From Candidatus Poribacteria bacterium (GTDB lineage Bacteria > Poribacteria > WGA-4E > WGA-3G), in the NCBI GenBank assembly GCA_965242965.1, contig OZ251518.1, positions 1,152,001 to 1,216,000 of the forward strand: 64,000 nt of DNA, given 5' to 3'. Both the position numbers and the translations under genes were made by a program. The notes under the pieces were generated by a model that was given only the letters and a program-made list of their open reading frames with translations, searched no databases and was not told the origin of the DNA. Position 1 is the first letter of the stretch, and every line of letters begins with the position of its first letter. Below are positions 1 through 9,508 of the stretch, in pieces.

Positions 1-538
1 CGCGAAACTCCATGGTTGGGCTGGCATCTATGGTTCGCGCGCCGCCAGCGATGAGGAGGTGCTTACGGAGATTATCAAGGGGCATATCCAAGGCGGTTTC
101 CGTATCGGCACGTTCGGCATTGAGGCGTTTTCCGATTTAGAGCGGAACATTGCGGAGGGGAGCGCGCTCACATCGCAAATCGGGACGTATATTCGTCCGA
201 AGATTTATGAACGCGAGCGGCTCCGTATCTCCGGCGGTATCGGCGGTTTCATTGAGAATATCCAACCGCGCCGTGGATTGATTTTAAGAAAATTCGATCC
301 GACTTCGTTTCGGTGGTTGGCATTTTCTTCTGTCGGGTGGCGTAAACTCAATACACAGTTGAAGTTCACGCCGGAAGTAGGGTTTAAAAATTTCAAGGTG
401 TCGGCTGAGCCGGCTATCACGTTTGACCTGTCGACTCGGTTAGGTTTGCGGATAAGCGGCGCGATAAATTACAACAGCGAACCGCTCACGGATAGGTGGC
501 ACTACAAGTATCTCACCATTTTGCGGTTGAAGTTGTAG
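1..538 (+). CDS. 5'-truncated outer-membrane beta-barrel protein, DUF481-like
   Basis: Frame open from the window start. Alternating beta-strand pattern and a C-terminal YNSEP...LRLKL resembling the paralogue at 21101-21889. Confidence 0.55.
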   Translation, partial: AKLHGWAGIYGSRAASDEEVLTEIIKGHIQGGFRIGTFGIEAFSDLERNIAEGSALTSQIGTYIRPKIYERERLRISGGIGGFIENIQPRRGLILRKFDPTSFRWLAFSSVGWRKLNTQLKFTPEVGFKNFKVSAEPAITFDLSTRLGLRISGAINYNSEPLTDRWHYKYLTILRLKL

Positions 539-545
539 GTTCATT

Positions 546-1131
546 TCGGTAGGAGGGACATCCTTGTCCCGATGCATTCGGTAAGAGAGACCTCCTGGTC
601 TCGATTTCTGCCGCCCGGTTTCCCTCGCCATCGTCCGCGCACGCCAACGATCGCGGGGGAAACCCTCTCGGATGCGCGGATGGCATCCGAGGGGCCCCGC
701 GCTACGAAAAAAAACGCCGCCCCTTCACCGTAGGGCGAGGGCCTGTCCCTCGCCATGTGTTTGGCTGTCAGACCGCCTCCCCTCTGTAGGTCAGGATCGC
801 CTGATCCTGACCTGTTTGTGATCAGGCGATCACAAACTACAGTGGGGGAAACACACATCGTGACGATAGCGATCGCGGGGGACAGGCCCCCGCGCTACGG
901 AAAAAAACGCCGCCCCTTCACGTAGGGCGAGGGCCTGTCCCTCGCCATGCTGCGATCGCGGGGGAAACCCGTTCGGATGCGCGGATGGCATCCGAGGGCC
1001 CCCGCGCTACGGGAACATCGAGACCAGGAGGTCTCTCCTACCGGCGCATCGAGACCAGAGGTCTCTCCTACCGGGAACATCGCGCGCATCGAGACCGGGA
1101 GGGCGCGCCATAGAATTTATGAAACACCCTC
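546..1131. repeat. Intergenic cluster of GTAG-REP-like hairpins with one terminal repeat
   Basis: Copies of GTAGGGCGAGGGCCTGTCCCTCGCC, CGCGGGGGACAGGCCCCCGCGCTAC and GTAGGAGAGACCTCC(T/C)GGTCTCG; ends with ATTTATGAAACACCCTC at 1115-1131. Confidence 0.9.
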
Positions 1132-1156
1132 GAATTGAGTTGGAGCATAAGGCAAG

Positions 1157-2293
1157 ATGAATGGACTGATTCAGCGCATCCAAGAATTTCTAAACAGGCC
1201 TGCTTTACCCCTAAGCGGCAGAGAAGTCAGTTTTTTTGAACTTATCACGTTAATCGGGACGTTAGCGGTGTTCGTCGCAGTCGCGGGCTTTTTGCGTCGG
1301 TGGCTCAGTCGTCTCTTTAGCAAGTTGCGGATGCCGGAGAGCACGCAGAACCGTCTGCTCGCGCTTTCGTTCCTCATCGTTATGATTGTCGGTTTCGTGG
1401 TAGGGTTAGAGGTTGCGAACATTAGCATTGGGCAGCTGGAAGCACTCCTAGCCTACGAAATTCCGATTGGAAAAGATAGCAGCTTAGCGGTGGCGAAACT
1501 TTTTTACGGTTGCGTCATCGTCTTTGTCGTGTTTATCCTCTCGAAATACGCGCAGTGGGTTATCCGCGAACAGGTTTTACAAGCGTTCACTATTGATGAG
1601 CACACGCAGTTTATCCTGCTCCGTTTCTTCCACATCGGTGTTGTCGCTATCGGCGTGCTGGTCAGCCTGAATGCCATCGGGTTAGGTTTGACGAACCTCA
1701 CCGTTATCCTGGGTGGCTTGAGTATCGGTATCGGGTTCGGGTTACAGAATATTGCGGCAAACATCTTGTCGGGCATTATCCTGATTTTTGAACGTCCGAT
1801 TAAAATCGGGGATTTGGTGGAAATCATGGATGCGAATATCTTCGGCAGAGTGAATGCAATCAATCTCCGTTCCACCGTTATCGTCGCGCTCGATGAGAAG
1901 GAGATTATCGTGCCGAATTCGCAGCTCGTTACGGAGCCGGTGCATAACCTAACGCACTATAACAGACGTTTTCGGGTGCGGGTTCCGGTGGGTGTCGCCT
2001 ATAGTTCGGACGTGCAGCTTGTGAAAAAGGCGTTATTGGAGGTGGCGCATGCGCATCCGGATGTGATTAAGGCACCTATCCGGGGACAGAAGAACGTCAC
2101 TGCGCCTTTCGTTCGCTTTATTCATTTCGGGGAGTCGTCGTTAGACTTCGAGTTGCTGGCGTGGATACCTGACTCTTTTCAGCGGTTCGATATTGCGAGT
2201 GACTTGCATTTCATGATTTGGGAGAAGTTTAAGGAATGCGAGATTACTATCCCGTTTCCGCAGCGGGATGTGCATCATTTTTATTCGGAGTAA
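1157..2293 (+). CDS. mscS: Small-conductance mechanosensitive channel (MscS family)
   Basis: GIGFGLQNIAANILSGIILIFERPIKIGDLV and IPFPQRDVH motifs; several N-terminal TM helices. Confidence 0.9.
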   Translation: MNGLIQRIQEFLNRPALPLSGREVSFFELITLIGTLAVFVAVAGFLRRWLSRLFSKLRMPESTQNRLLALSFLIVMIVGFVVGLEVANISIGQLEALLAYEIPIGKDSSLAVAKLFYGCVIVFVVFILSKYAQWVIREQVLQAFTIDEHTQFILLRFFHIGVVAIGVLVSLNAIGLGLTNLTVILGGLSIGIGFGLQNIAANILSGIILIFERPIKIGDLVEIMDANIFGRVNAINLRSTVIVALDEKEIIVPNSQLVTEPVHNLTHYNRRFRVRVPVGVAYSSDVQLVKKALLEVAHAHPDVIKAPIRGQKNVTAPFVRFIHFGESSLDFELLAWIPDSFQRFDIASDLHFMIWEKFKECEITIPFPQRDVHHFYSE

Positions 2294-2350
2294 CGAAAAA
2301 GCAGGCAGAATTTGGTATTCTGCCTGCTTCGCCGTTATACCCAATTAACC

Positions 2351-2719
2351 TGACGGTGTTTCATAAATCGCTCAACGTTGCGGTGAAACCCCTCGCCATG
2401 CGTTTTGCTATCAGACCTCCTCACCTCTGTAGGTCAGGCTCGCCCGATCTTGACCCGTTTGTGATCAGGCGAGCACAAACTACAGAAGGGGTGGCGCGCG
2501 CGGAGAAAAACGCCTCCCTCTACCGTAGGGCGAGGGCCTGTCCCTCGCCATCGTCCGCGCACGCCAACGCTCGCGGGGGAAACCCGCTCGGATGCGCGGA
2601 TGGCATCCGAGGGCCCCGCGCTACGGGAAAAATCGAGACCAGGAGGTCGCTCCTCCCCGAAGAATCGAGACCGGGAGGTCGCTCCTACCGGGAAACCATT
2701 GAGATATGAAATACCCTCA
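2351..2719. mobile_element. MITE/REPIN-like composite element with inverted ends
   Basis: TGACGGTGTTTCATAAAT ... ATATGAAATACCCTCA, flanked on both sides by AATTAACC; internal GTAG hairpins. Confidence 0.75.
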
Positions 2720-2783
2720 ATTAACCTGAGTCGTTCCAGATTGCCAGAGCCCGAAAATCATGGGCAATGTGAGGCGGCGCGCT

Positions 2784-3005
2784 TCATTTCCGGACTGCGT
2801 CTAATACGCGTTGAAAGTCTTCCACGGAATCTGCCAGGACCGCGGCACGCAGCAATTCGTCAAGTCCTTGTGCGTCATCAACGGTGTCCAACGTTGACTG
2901 AAAATCGCGCGTGGCATCCGGATGCAATCGGAGCTCCAACACCCTAAGGATGGATTCACGGCGAGCTGCGGCACCAAAGTATTGGATGATAGGTGCTTCG
3001 TGCAT
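2784..3005 (-). CDS. Stand-alone copy of the Rpn C-terminal module (putative small antitoxin), 73 aa
   Basis: GGAGGCTAACC-ATG start; tail nearly identical to the C-terminus of 3346-4236. Confidence 0.75.
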   Translation of the reverse strand: MHEAPIIQYFGAAARRESILRVLELRLHPDATRDFQSTLDTVDDAQGLDELLRAAVLADSVEDFQRVLDAVRK

Positions 3006-3063
3006 GGTTAGCCTCCAAAGGTAAAGACGAGGCAGCGCGGTTGAGAACCGCGCCCTCGGTGAA

Positions 3064-3309
3064 TCAGCTGTCGTTCGCCGCCAAAGCGCGCCGGAAGTCT
3101 TCGACAGAATCCGCTAGAACCGCTGCATGATGCAACTGCTTGAGGCGTTGCAAGTCGTCAATAGCCTCCAGCGTTGGTTGAAAATCGCGTGCTATGTCCG
3201 GATGCAACCGAAGTTCCAATACTTCCAGGATATGTTCACGCGAATTCTGTCGCCGTGCTTCCGCAGTGGCTTGCTCTGTCCAATATTGGACAATCGGAAT
3301 TTCGTGCAT
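3064..3309 (-). CDS. Stand-alone copy of the Rpn C-terminal module (putative small antitoxin), 81 aa
   Basis: GGAGGCTAACC-ATG at 3309; starts MHEIPIVQYWTEQATAEARR exactly as the internal module of Rpn. Confidence 0.75.
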   Translation of the reverse strand: MHEIPIVQYWTEQATAEARRQNSREHILEVLELRLHPDIARDFQPTLEAIDDLQRLKQLHHAAVLADSVEDFRRALAANDS

Positions 3310-3345
3310 GGTTAGCCTCCAGTGGGACACGCGAGGCGGCGCGCT

Positions 3346-4236
3346 TCATTTCCGGACTGCGTCTAATACGCGTTGAAAGTCTTCCACGGAATCTGCGAGG
3401 GCCGCGGCACGCAGCAATTCGTCAAGTCCTTGTGCGTCATCAACGGTATCCAACGTTGGCTGAAAATCGCGCGTTGCATCCGTATGCAACCGGCACTCTA
3501 ACACCCTAAGGATGTCTTCACGCGATTTTTCCCGCCGTGCTTCCGCAGTGGCTTGCTCTGTCCAGTATTGGACGATAGGGATTTCGTGCATGGTCAGCCT
3601 CCTTACGATATCCAAAATGTGTTCCTTCTCAAAAATTACATTGCCCAACACAGCCATCACCCCGAGGGTATCCAGCTTATTCGGCATGTCGATGTTATCC
3701 GCGGTTTGAATGCACCGCTGCAACCATTCGTCCGCATCCACGCCTACAGGCGGCTTCATCAGCGGTGTGAACGGTAGCAAACCGGTAGGCTGCGCGTCAA
3801 GGACCGCCTGTCCATCCATCTCCGCGAGACGGATGACTTGGTATTCCACCAAAATCTCGTTCCCAGGGATCTGCTGTTGAAACTTCCCCGGGTCATTTCG
3901 GCCGGCATCCGGCCGCAGATAAATCACGTTGGCGTAGACATCCATCCGGTATGTTCTCACCAACCAGATGATATAACTCGCCATCCGGAGTGCCATCGAC
4001 GGGTCAAAACTATCGGTAGTTTGAAACTCAAAATGCACCAAGACATATTTGCCGCGGAGTTTCACCTTGATCAGGACATCCGCCTGACGCATTTCAACGG
4101 TAGGTTGCTCCGGCGTGATGAGCTCCACGTCGGTAAATTCTACCCCGGTCATACGCCGTAGGTTGAAGCAGAACGCCACGAAATCTCTGGGGTTCTGCTG
4201 CACTAATCTTTTCGATGCGCTGTCAAAAGATGCCAT
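3346..4236 (-). CDS. Rpn/YhgA-like PD-(D/E)XK nuclease
   Basis: FDSASKRL, RQADVLI, VHFEFQT and MALRMASY motifs; internal TAAGGAGG-6nt-ATG at 3591. Confidence 0.85.
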   Translation of the reverse strand: MASFDSASKRLVQQNPRDFVAFCFNLRRMTGVEFTDVELITPEQPTVEMRQADVLIKVKLRGKYVLVHFEFQTTDSFDPSMALRMASYIIWLVRTYRMDVYANVIYLRPDAGRNDPGKFQQQIPGNEILVEYQVIRLAEMDGQAVLDAQPTGLLPFTPLMKPPVGVDADEWLQRCIQTADNIDMPNKLDTLGVMAVLGNVIFEKEHILDIVRRLTMHEIPIVQYWTEQATAEARREKSREDILRVLECRLHTDATRDFQPTLDTVDDAQGLDELLRAAALADSVEDFQRVLDAVRK

Positions 4237-4305
4237 TCAATCTCCTTTTTCATTATTTGATTTGATAAACGCCTGACTCTGAAATGAGAGCGGCTTCTGA
4301 TAGAT

Positions 4306-4335
4306 ATTATACCTCATTCAAAACAAATTTGTCAA
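4306..4335 (-). promoter_or_regulatory. sigma70-type promoter of the rpn gene
   Basis: TTGACA-18 nt-TATAAT on the minus strand. Confidence 0.75.
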
Positions 4336-4350
4336 GGCAAAATGTTTTTT

Positions 4351-5001
4351 CTACGTGGCATTGTGATGCCGAATGACATCGCCTTTTACGAGATAATACA
4401 CTTCTTCCCCGATATTCGCTGATAGATCGCCCACCCGCTCTAAATGCCGGAAGAGAAGCAGAATGCTGATGCCCGGCGGGATCAACTCCGGACGTTCGTT
4501 GAGGACAGCGTAGATTTCGGGGAGGAGGCGCGCATAGATGGCATCAACTTTCTCGTCGCGTCCCCGGATTTCTCGCGCTAATTCCGCATTCCGATTGACA
4601 AACGCGTCCAGCGCATCTTTTACCATCTCCTGAATAAAGCACGCGATATCCGGCAGATCGACGAACCGCGGGAAAGGTGGGTATTCTAACAATTCAAGGC
4701 TCCGTTTGGCAATGGAGACGCTTTTATCCGCCAACCGTTCAATATGCCGACAGATTTTCATCGCCGCTGTCAGGAAGCGGAGCTCAAACGCCACCGGTTG
4801 ATGGAGCGCGATGCGCTGAATACACGTAGCCTCGATCTGGTTTTCAAACGAGTCGACTGTATCATCGGTTGCGATGACGGCACGCGCGAGAACCTCATCC
4901 CGCGTCAAGACTGACTCAACGGCTTGGTGTAGCATCCGTTCGGCAATCCCAGCCATTTCTAAAAGTTGGTGCTGTAGCACCTTGAGTTCCATTTCTAACA
5001 T
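4351..5001 (-). CDS. phoU: Phosphate signalling protein PhoU
   Basis: Two PhoU repeats (DDTVDSFE...QPVAFELR; LERVGDLSANIGE); last gene of the pst cluster. Start chosen at ATG 5001. Confidence 0.9.
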   Translation of the reverse strand: MLEMELKVLQHQLLEMAGIAERMLHQAVESVLTRDEVLARAVIATDDTVDSFENQIEATCIQRIALHQPVAFELRFLTAAMKICRHIERLADKSVSIAKRSLELLEYPPFPRFVDLPDIACFIQEMVKDALDAFVNRNAELAREIRGRDEKVDAIYARLLPEIYAVLNERPELIPPGISILLLFRHLERVGDLSANIGEEVYYLVKGDVIRHHNAT

Positions 5002-5094
5002 TTTTGTTGTTTGCAAGGCGTTCGGCGGGCATCTCTTGTGCAAAGACAGGTGTCACGCCAGTGCCGCTATTGACATCCTTCGCGCACTCCAACG

Positions 5095-5376
5095 CTCGCG
5101 GGGGACAGGCCCCCGCACTACGAAAAAAAACGCCACTCCCTCACCGTAGGGCGAGGGCCTGTCCCTCGCCATCGTCCGCGCACTCTAACGCTCGCGGGGG
5201 ACAGGCCCCCGCACTACGATGAAAAATACGCCACTCCCTCACCGTAGGGCGAGGGCCTGTCCCTCGCCATCCCTCGCGTAATCCAACGCTCGCGGGGGAC
5301 AGGCCCCCGCGCTACGGGCACATCGAGACCAGGAGGTCTCTCCTACCCGAAGAAATCGAGATATGAAACACGCTCA
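5095..5376. repeat. Tandem REP-like hairpin cluster with one terminal repeat
   Basis: Alternating REP families repeated three times; TATGAAACACGCTCA next to the pstB stop. Confidence 0.85.
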
Positions 5377-5377
5377 A

Positions 5378-6154
5378 TTAACCGAGTCTGCCTGTCACAT
5401 ACTGCTCTGTCCTGATATCTTGTGGGTTCGTGAATATCTTTTCTGTCGTGCCAAACTCGATGAGTTCGCCGCAATAGAGAAACCCCGCGTAATCGGAGAC
5501 GCGCGCCGCTTGCCGCCGCTTGTTAGTCACAAAGATAAGCGTGTGATGCTGCTTGAGATTCCGAACGAGTGCCTCAATCTTAGGCGTTTCCATCGGATCG
5601 AGCGCGCCACACGGTTCATCGAAAATAAGCACCTCGGGGCCTATCGCTAAAGCACGGGCGATGCAGAGCCGCTGCTGCTGCCCAATAGAGAGCTGCTCAG
5701 GCGTTTCGTTCAGGATGTTCGCCACTTCGTCCCACAAGTTTACGCTGCGGAGGCTTTTCTCCACGATGGCATCAAGTTGCGCGGACTGGGTTACGCCTGA
5801 AATCCGCGCGCCATAGGCGACGTTCTCATAAACGGATTTGTGGAACAGCACCGGTTCCCCAAAAACCATCCCGATCCGCTTCCGAATTGCGGTGGCATCC
5901 ACCCGCGACGCGTAAAGGTCTTGTCCATTAAAAAGAATTTCGCCGGTGAGTCTGAAACCCGGCGTGAAGTCGTTTAAACGGTTGAGACACCGCACGAGAG
6001 TGCTTTTGCCGCAGTTCGAGGGCCCGATGAGCGCCGTGACCTGCCGCCGTTTCACTTCAAAGGAGAGCGCGCGCAAAATCGGCCCTTGTTCGCCGTACCA
6101 TACACTGAGGTTACGGACAGTTAAAATAGGCGCGTCTAACGCGTTTTTGTCCAT
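5378..6154 (-). CDS. pstB: PstB-like ABC ATPase, degenerate (LSIGQ signature, H-loop His to Asn)
   Basis: GPSNCGKS, RCLNRLND, DEPCGALDP and FTNPQDIRTEQYVTGRLG. Confidence 0.85.
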   Translation of the reverse strand: MDKNALDAPILTVRNLSVWYGEQGPILRALSFEVKRRQVTALIGPSNCGKSTLVRCLNRLNDFTPGFRLTGEILFNGQDLYASRVDATAIRKRIGMVFGEPVLFHKSVYENVAYGARISGVTQSAQLDAIVEKSLRSVNLWDEVANILNETPEQLSIGQQQRLCIARALAIGPEVLIFDEPCGALDPMETPKIEALVRNLKQHHTLIFVTNKRRQAARVSDYAGFLYCGELIEFGTTEKIFTNPQDIRTEQYVTGRLG

Positions 6155-6231
6155 TTTTGTCCTCTCTGTCCTCTCTAGCCTCTCTAGCCTCGCGGCCGTT
6201 TAGCGCTGCTGACTGAGCAGGCTCGTTACGG

Positions 6232-6876
6232 CTAGAGCCGTGAACGCCGCTCCAGAATATTGGCAAGCACACTGAAGCCCACCGCGCACGCTAAAATCAC
6301 GCCGATTTGACTCATCGGGACACTCTCCATGCGCGCAATCGGAACCGCATAGACGACAATCAGCAAGCCTGCAACAGCGAACGCTCGCGACAGGGCCCGA
6401 CAACTGCCTGCGAGAATATCGGGTAAAGCGAGGGGCAAGACGTGGTCTGACAGAACACGCCATCGGTTTGTGCCGAGGGCATACGCCGCCTCTCTGAGCG
6501 GTAAGTCAACGCGCTGCACCGCCCGCTGCGTAGACTGAATTGCGAGCGGCATAACAAGCAACACGAACGCTAACGCTTGCACACTAAATCCGACATCCCG
6601 AAACACGAAAACCTCAAGTGCCAACAGCCCGTATAAAAGCGATGGAATCCCGGCGAAGATGGCAACTTTACCCTCAACCACACGCCGAATCCAATGCGTT
6701 TTCGGCAGCCATTCCGCTATATAAATGCCCCCTATCACCCCGAGAAAAAGCGAGAGCAGGACGACAGGTAGCATCAGCGTGAGATTTCCTTGCAGGCCGG
6801 AAAGCGTGTTTGATGCTTGCATGTTTCTTCTGAGGCTGAGAGAAATCTGATGCGCTCTTTGTTGAACGTTACCCAT
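6232..6876 (-). CDS. Short PstA-like ABC permease
   Basis: AGIPSLLYGL and EAAYALG (EAA loop); the ATG overlaps the upstream pstB stop. Start uncertain. Confidence 0.75.
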   Translation of the reverse strand: MGNVQQRAHQISLSLRRNMQASNTLSGLQGNLTLMLPVVLLSLFLGVIGGIYIAEWLPKTHWIRRVVEGKVAIFAGIPSLLYGLLALEVFVFRDVGFSVQALAFVLLVMPLAIQSTQRAVQRVDLPLREAAYALGTNRWRVLSDHVLPLALPDILAGSCRALSRAFAVAGLLIVVYAVPIARMESVPMSQIGVILACAVGFSVLANILERRSRL

Positions 6877-7657
6877 AACGCATTTGCACATAGTCGGCGG
6901 TTTTCGGATGCGCCGGCGTTTGAAATAGGGCCTGCGTCTCTCGGTGTTCGATCAGTTCGCCGAGGAACATGAAAATGCACTCATCGCTGACGCGGCGCGC
7001 TTGCGCCATGTTATGCGTCACGACAAGGAAGGTATACGCGCCGGACAGCACCGACATCAATTCTTCGACAGCCAGCGTGCCTTTTGCATCCAGCGCAGAG
7101 CACGGTTCGTCCATCAAAATAATCTTCGGTTTGAGCGGCAACAACCGCGCGATGCACAACTTCTGCTGCTGCTCCAATTGCAGCGACGTTGCGCGCGACT
7201 TCAACTTATCCTTCAAATCTTCCCATAGAAAGACAGCTCTAAGTGCTTCTTCGACAATCTCGTCCGCCTCGCTGCGCGACAAACTCCGCAGCGGCGAGTG
7301 AATACGCAACCCGAACAAGATGTTCTCGTAAACCGAAATCGGCAACGGGTTCGGACGCTGGAATACCATGCCGACTGTTTTGCGAAGTTCCGGCAACGAG
7401 ACATCCGCATCGTAGATGTTTTTCCCTAACACCTTAATCTCACCTGTGGTGGTGACATTACCGTAACGTTCGTTCACACGATTGAAGCAGCGCAGCAGCG
7501 TCGATTTCCCACATCCAGAAGGACCGATTAGCGAGGTAATTTGTCCATCTGGAATCTTTACGTTGACATCAATGAGTGCCTGAAAATCGCCATACCAAAG
7601 GTTGAGGTCCGCTGCCTCAATACTATTTTTTTTACTCGCAAGGCGTTCGCTTGTCAT
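6869..7657 (-). CDS. pstB: Phosphate ABC ATPase with degenerate signature (LQLEQ)
   Basis: GPSGCGKS, GMVFQRPNP, MDEPCSALD and VTHN. Confidence 0.9.
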   Translation of the reverse strand: MTSERLASKKNSIEAADLNLWYGDFQALIDVNVKIPDGQITSLIGPSGCGKSTLLRCFNRVNERYGNVTTTGEIKVLGKNIYDADVSLPELRKTVGMVFQRPNPLPISVYENILFGLRIHSPLRSLSRSEADEIVEEALRAVFLWEDLKDKLKSRATSLQLEQQQKLCIARLLPLKPKIILMDEPCSALDAKGTLAVEELMSVLSGAYTFLVVTHNMAQARRVSDECIFMFLGELIEHRETQALFQTPAHPKTADYVQMRYG

Positions 7658-7701
7658 GTTAGTTCAATGCCTTTTTCTACGTTCTCACGGCAGGACAGAA
7701 G

Positions 7702-8460
7702 TTATCCAAAGTTACCCTTGACATAATCGTAGGTGGACTGATTCGCCGGGTTATCGGAGAAAATCGCATCCGTTGCGTCAATTTCAACCAGCTCGCCGTT
7801 GAGAAAAAACGCAGTGCGATTTGCCAACCGTTTTGCCTGCTGCACGAGATTCGTGACGAGCAGAATTGTCATTTCGGCGCGGAGTGTTTTCAGCACATCC
7901 TCAATGCGCATCGTCGTAACCGGATCTACGGCGATAGAGAATTCGTCAAGACATAAAATCTCTGGCTGATGCGACAGCGCGCGGGCTATGGTTAACCGCT
8001 GCTGTTGTCCACCGGAAAGTTTTGTGCCGAGGCTATTGAGCCGGTCCTTCACTTCGTCCCATAAGGCGGCTTGCTGCAGGCATCTCTCAACAATCTCGTC
8101 CAACGCCGATTTCTTGCGAAGTCCAGCGGTGCGCGGTGCGAAGGCGACGTTGTCGTAGATAGACAACGGTAAACCCACCGGCAACGGCAACACCATGCCG
8201 ATGCGTCGACGTAAACTGTAGACATCGCCGATAGTATGGATATCCTCGCTATCAAGTTTCACCGTGCCTTCGACGGTTGTCCCAGGCGTGAACTCCAGCG
8301 TTCTGTTGATAACCTTCAACAGCGTCGTTTTCCCAGATTGCGCCGGTCCGATGATACTGAGGATTTCGTTTTCGTAGACATCAAACGAAACGCCGTTCAA
8401 GGCGAGTTTATTGCCGTAGCGCACGCTGAGTTCAGATACCTCAATCTTCTTCTTTTCCAT
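7702..8460 (-). CDS. pstB: Phosphate ABC ATPase with degenerate D/H loops
   Basis: GPAQSGKT, LSGGQQQ, LDEFSIAVD and VTNL. Confidence 0.85.
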   Translation of the reverse strand: MEKKKIEVSELSVRYGNKLALNGVSFDVYENEILSIIGPAQSGKTTLLKVINRTLEFTPGTTVEGTVKLDSEDIHTIGDVYSLRRRIGMVLPLPVGLPLSIYDNVAFAPRTAGLRKKSALDEIVERCLQQAALWDEVKDRLNSLGTKLSGGQQQRLTIARALSHQPEILCLDEFSIAVDPVTTMRIEDVLKTLRAEMTILLVTNLVQQAKRLANRTAFFLNGELVEIDATDAIFSDNPANQSTYDYVKGNFG

Positions 8461-9166
8461 GCGTCTCCGTCTTTTCTGATTTTCGGCGTTCCGTGCGGGC
8501 TTCTGTCAAAACCGAGGCGAGCAGTCCCGATGGAATAGCGATAATCCCCACGCCGACGAGGGCAACTAGTGCGGCAAAGATTTTGCCGCCCACGGTAGTC
8601 GGATAAACATCTCCGTAGCCAATGGTGGTAAGCGTCACGATAGCCCACCACATGGAACTGAAAATCGAACCGAATGCCTCCGGCTGCGTCTCTTTTTCAA
8701 AATAGTAAATGCCGCACGCCGCCAAATAGACAAACATCAGCGACAAAATCACGAGGGCGAAGAGTTCTTTTTTCACGTCATTCAACGCCGTTGTCAACCT
8801 GTCCACCGCGAGAATAAACCGCGTCGCCTTGAGGATTCTGAAGATGCGGAGGAATCTCAAGATGCGGAGCATTCGGAAGTGGGGAAGTAGAAACAGCATG
8901 TCAGGCAAAATAGCCAGCAGATCGATGATGCCGAAGAAGCTGAAAATGAACTTCCGTTTTTCCGGCGCACCCCAAATCCGCAGCAGGTATTCAACCGTAA
9001 ATAGCGCAAGAAACCCGTCGTCGAGAACTTTAAAGTATCGGCCGTACGGGTCCGGCGTAGGCCGCCCAGATTCAAAAGCAAAGACGAAAGCGGATGCGAG
9101 AATCAGCAGCTGAATGAAGAGGCTGAAGCCGTGGCTCTCTATGATGGTTCTGATTTTCTCTTGCAT
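8441..9166 (-). CDS. 6-TM voltage-gated-type K+ channel
   Basis: S4 RMLRILRFLRIFRILK and filter TTIGYGD. True start ATG 9166; the longer ORF runs into REP DNA. Confidence 0.9.
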   Translation of the reverse strand: MQEKIRTIIESHGFSLFIQLLILASAFVFAFESGRPTPDPYGRYFKVLDDGFLALFTVEYLLRIWGAPEKRKFIFSFFGIIDLLAILPDMLFLLPHFRMLRILRFLRIFRILKATRFILAVDRLTTALNDVKKELFALVILSLMFVYLAACGIYYFEKETQPEAFGSIFSSMWWAIVTLTTIGYGDVYPTTVGGKIFAALVALVGVGIIAIPSGLLASVLTEARTERRKSEKTETHGKEED

Positions 9167-9224
9167 AGTTTTGTCTGCATACACTATCGGGTGCTTTTGC
9201 GGGTGGCTGTCAGATTGCGTCACC

Positions 9225-9508
9225 CCTATAGGGCAGGAGCACCTGCTCCTGACCCGTTCGGGATCAGGCACTCCCGAACTACAGAGGTGGACCCGATACC
9301 TTCCGGTAGGAGAGACCGGGAGGGCTCTCCTACCACAGCGCATCGAGACCAGGAGGTCTCTCCTACCGGCAATTCCCCATTTTTCACCGTAGCGCGGGGG
9401 CCTGTCCCCCGCGATCTCCATTGGCAAGTTATGTTTTTAGGTCCTACGGACCTGAAGAGACGTTTTTCCGTAGCGCGAGGCATGGCGAGGGACAGGCCCT
9501 CGCCCTAC
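9225..9508. repeat. REP-like cluster between the two K+ channel genes
   Basis: Several GTAG-hairpin families; one GTAG provides the TAG stop of 9505-9837. Confidence 0.85.

Noticed and set aside
9167-9427. N-terminal extensions in the ORF track for the K+ channel (and similarly phoU, prs, the glycosyltransferase and dgoD)
   Set aside because: The extensions run through repeat or intergenic DNA; downstream ATGs fit the family lengths or RBS better.
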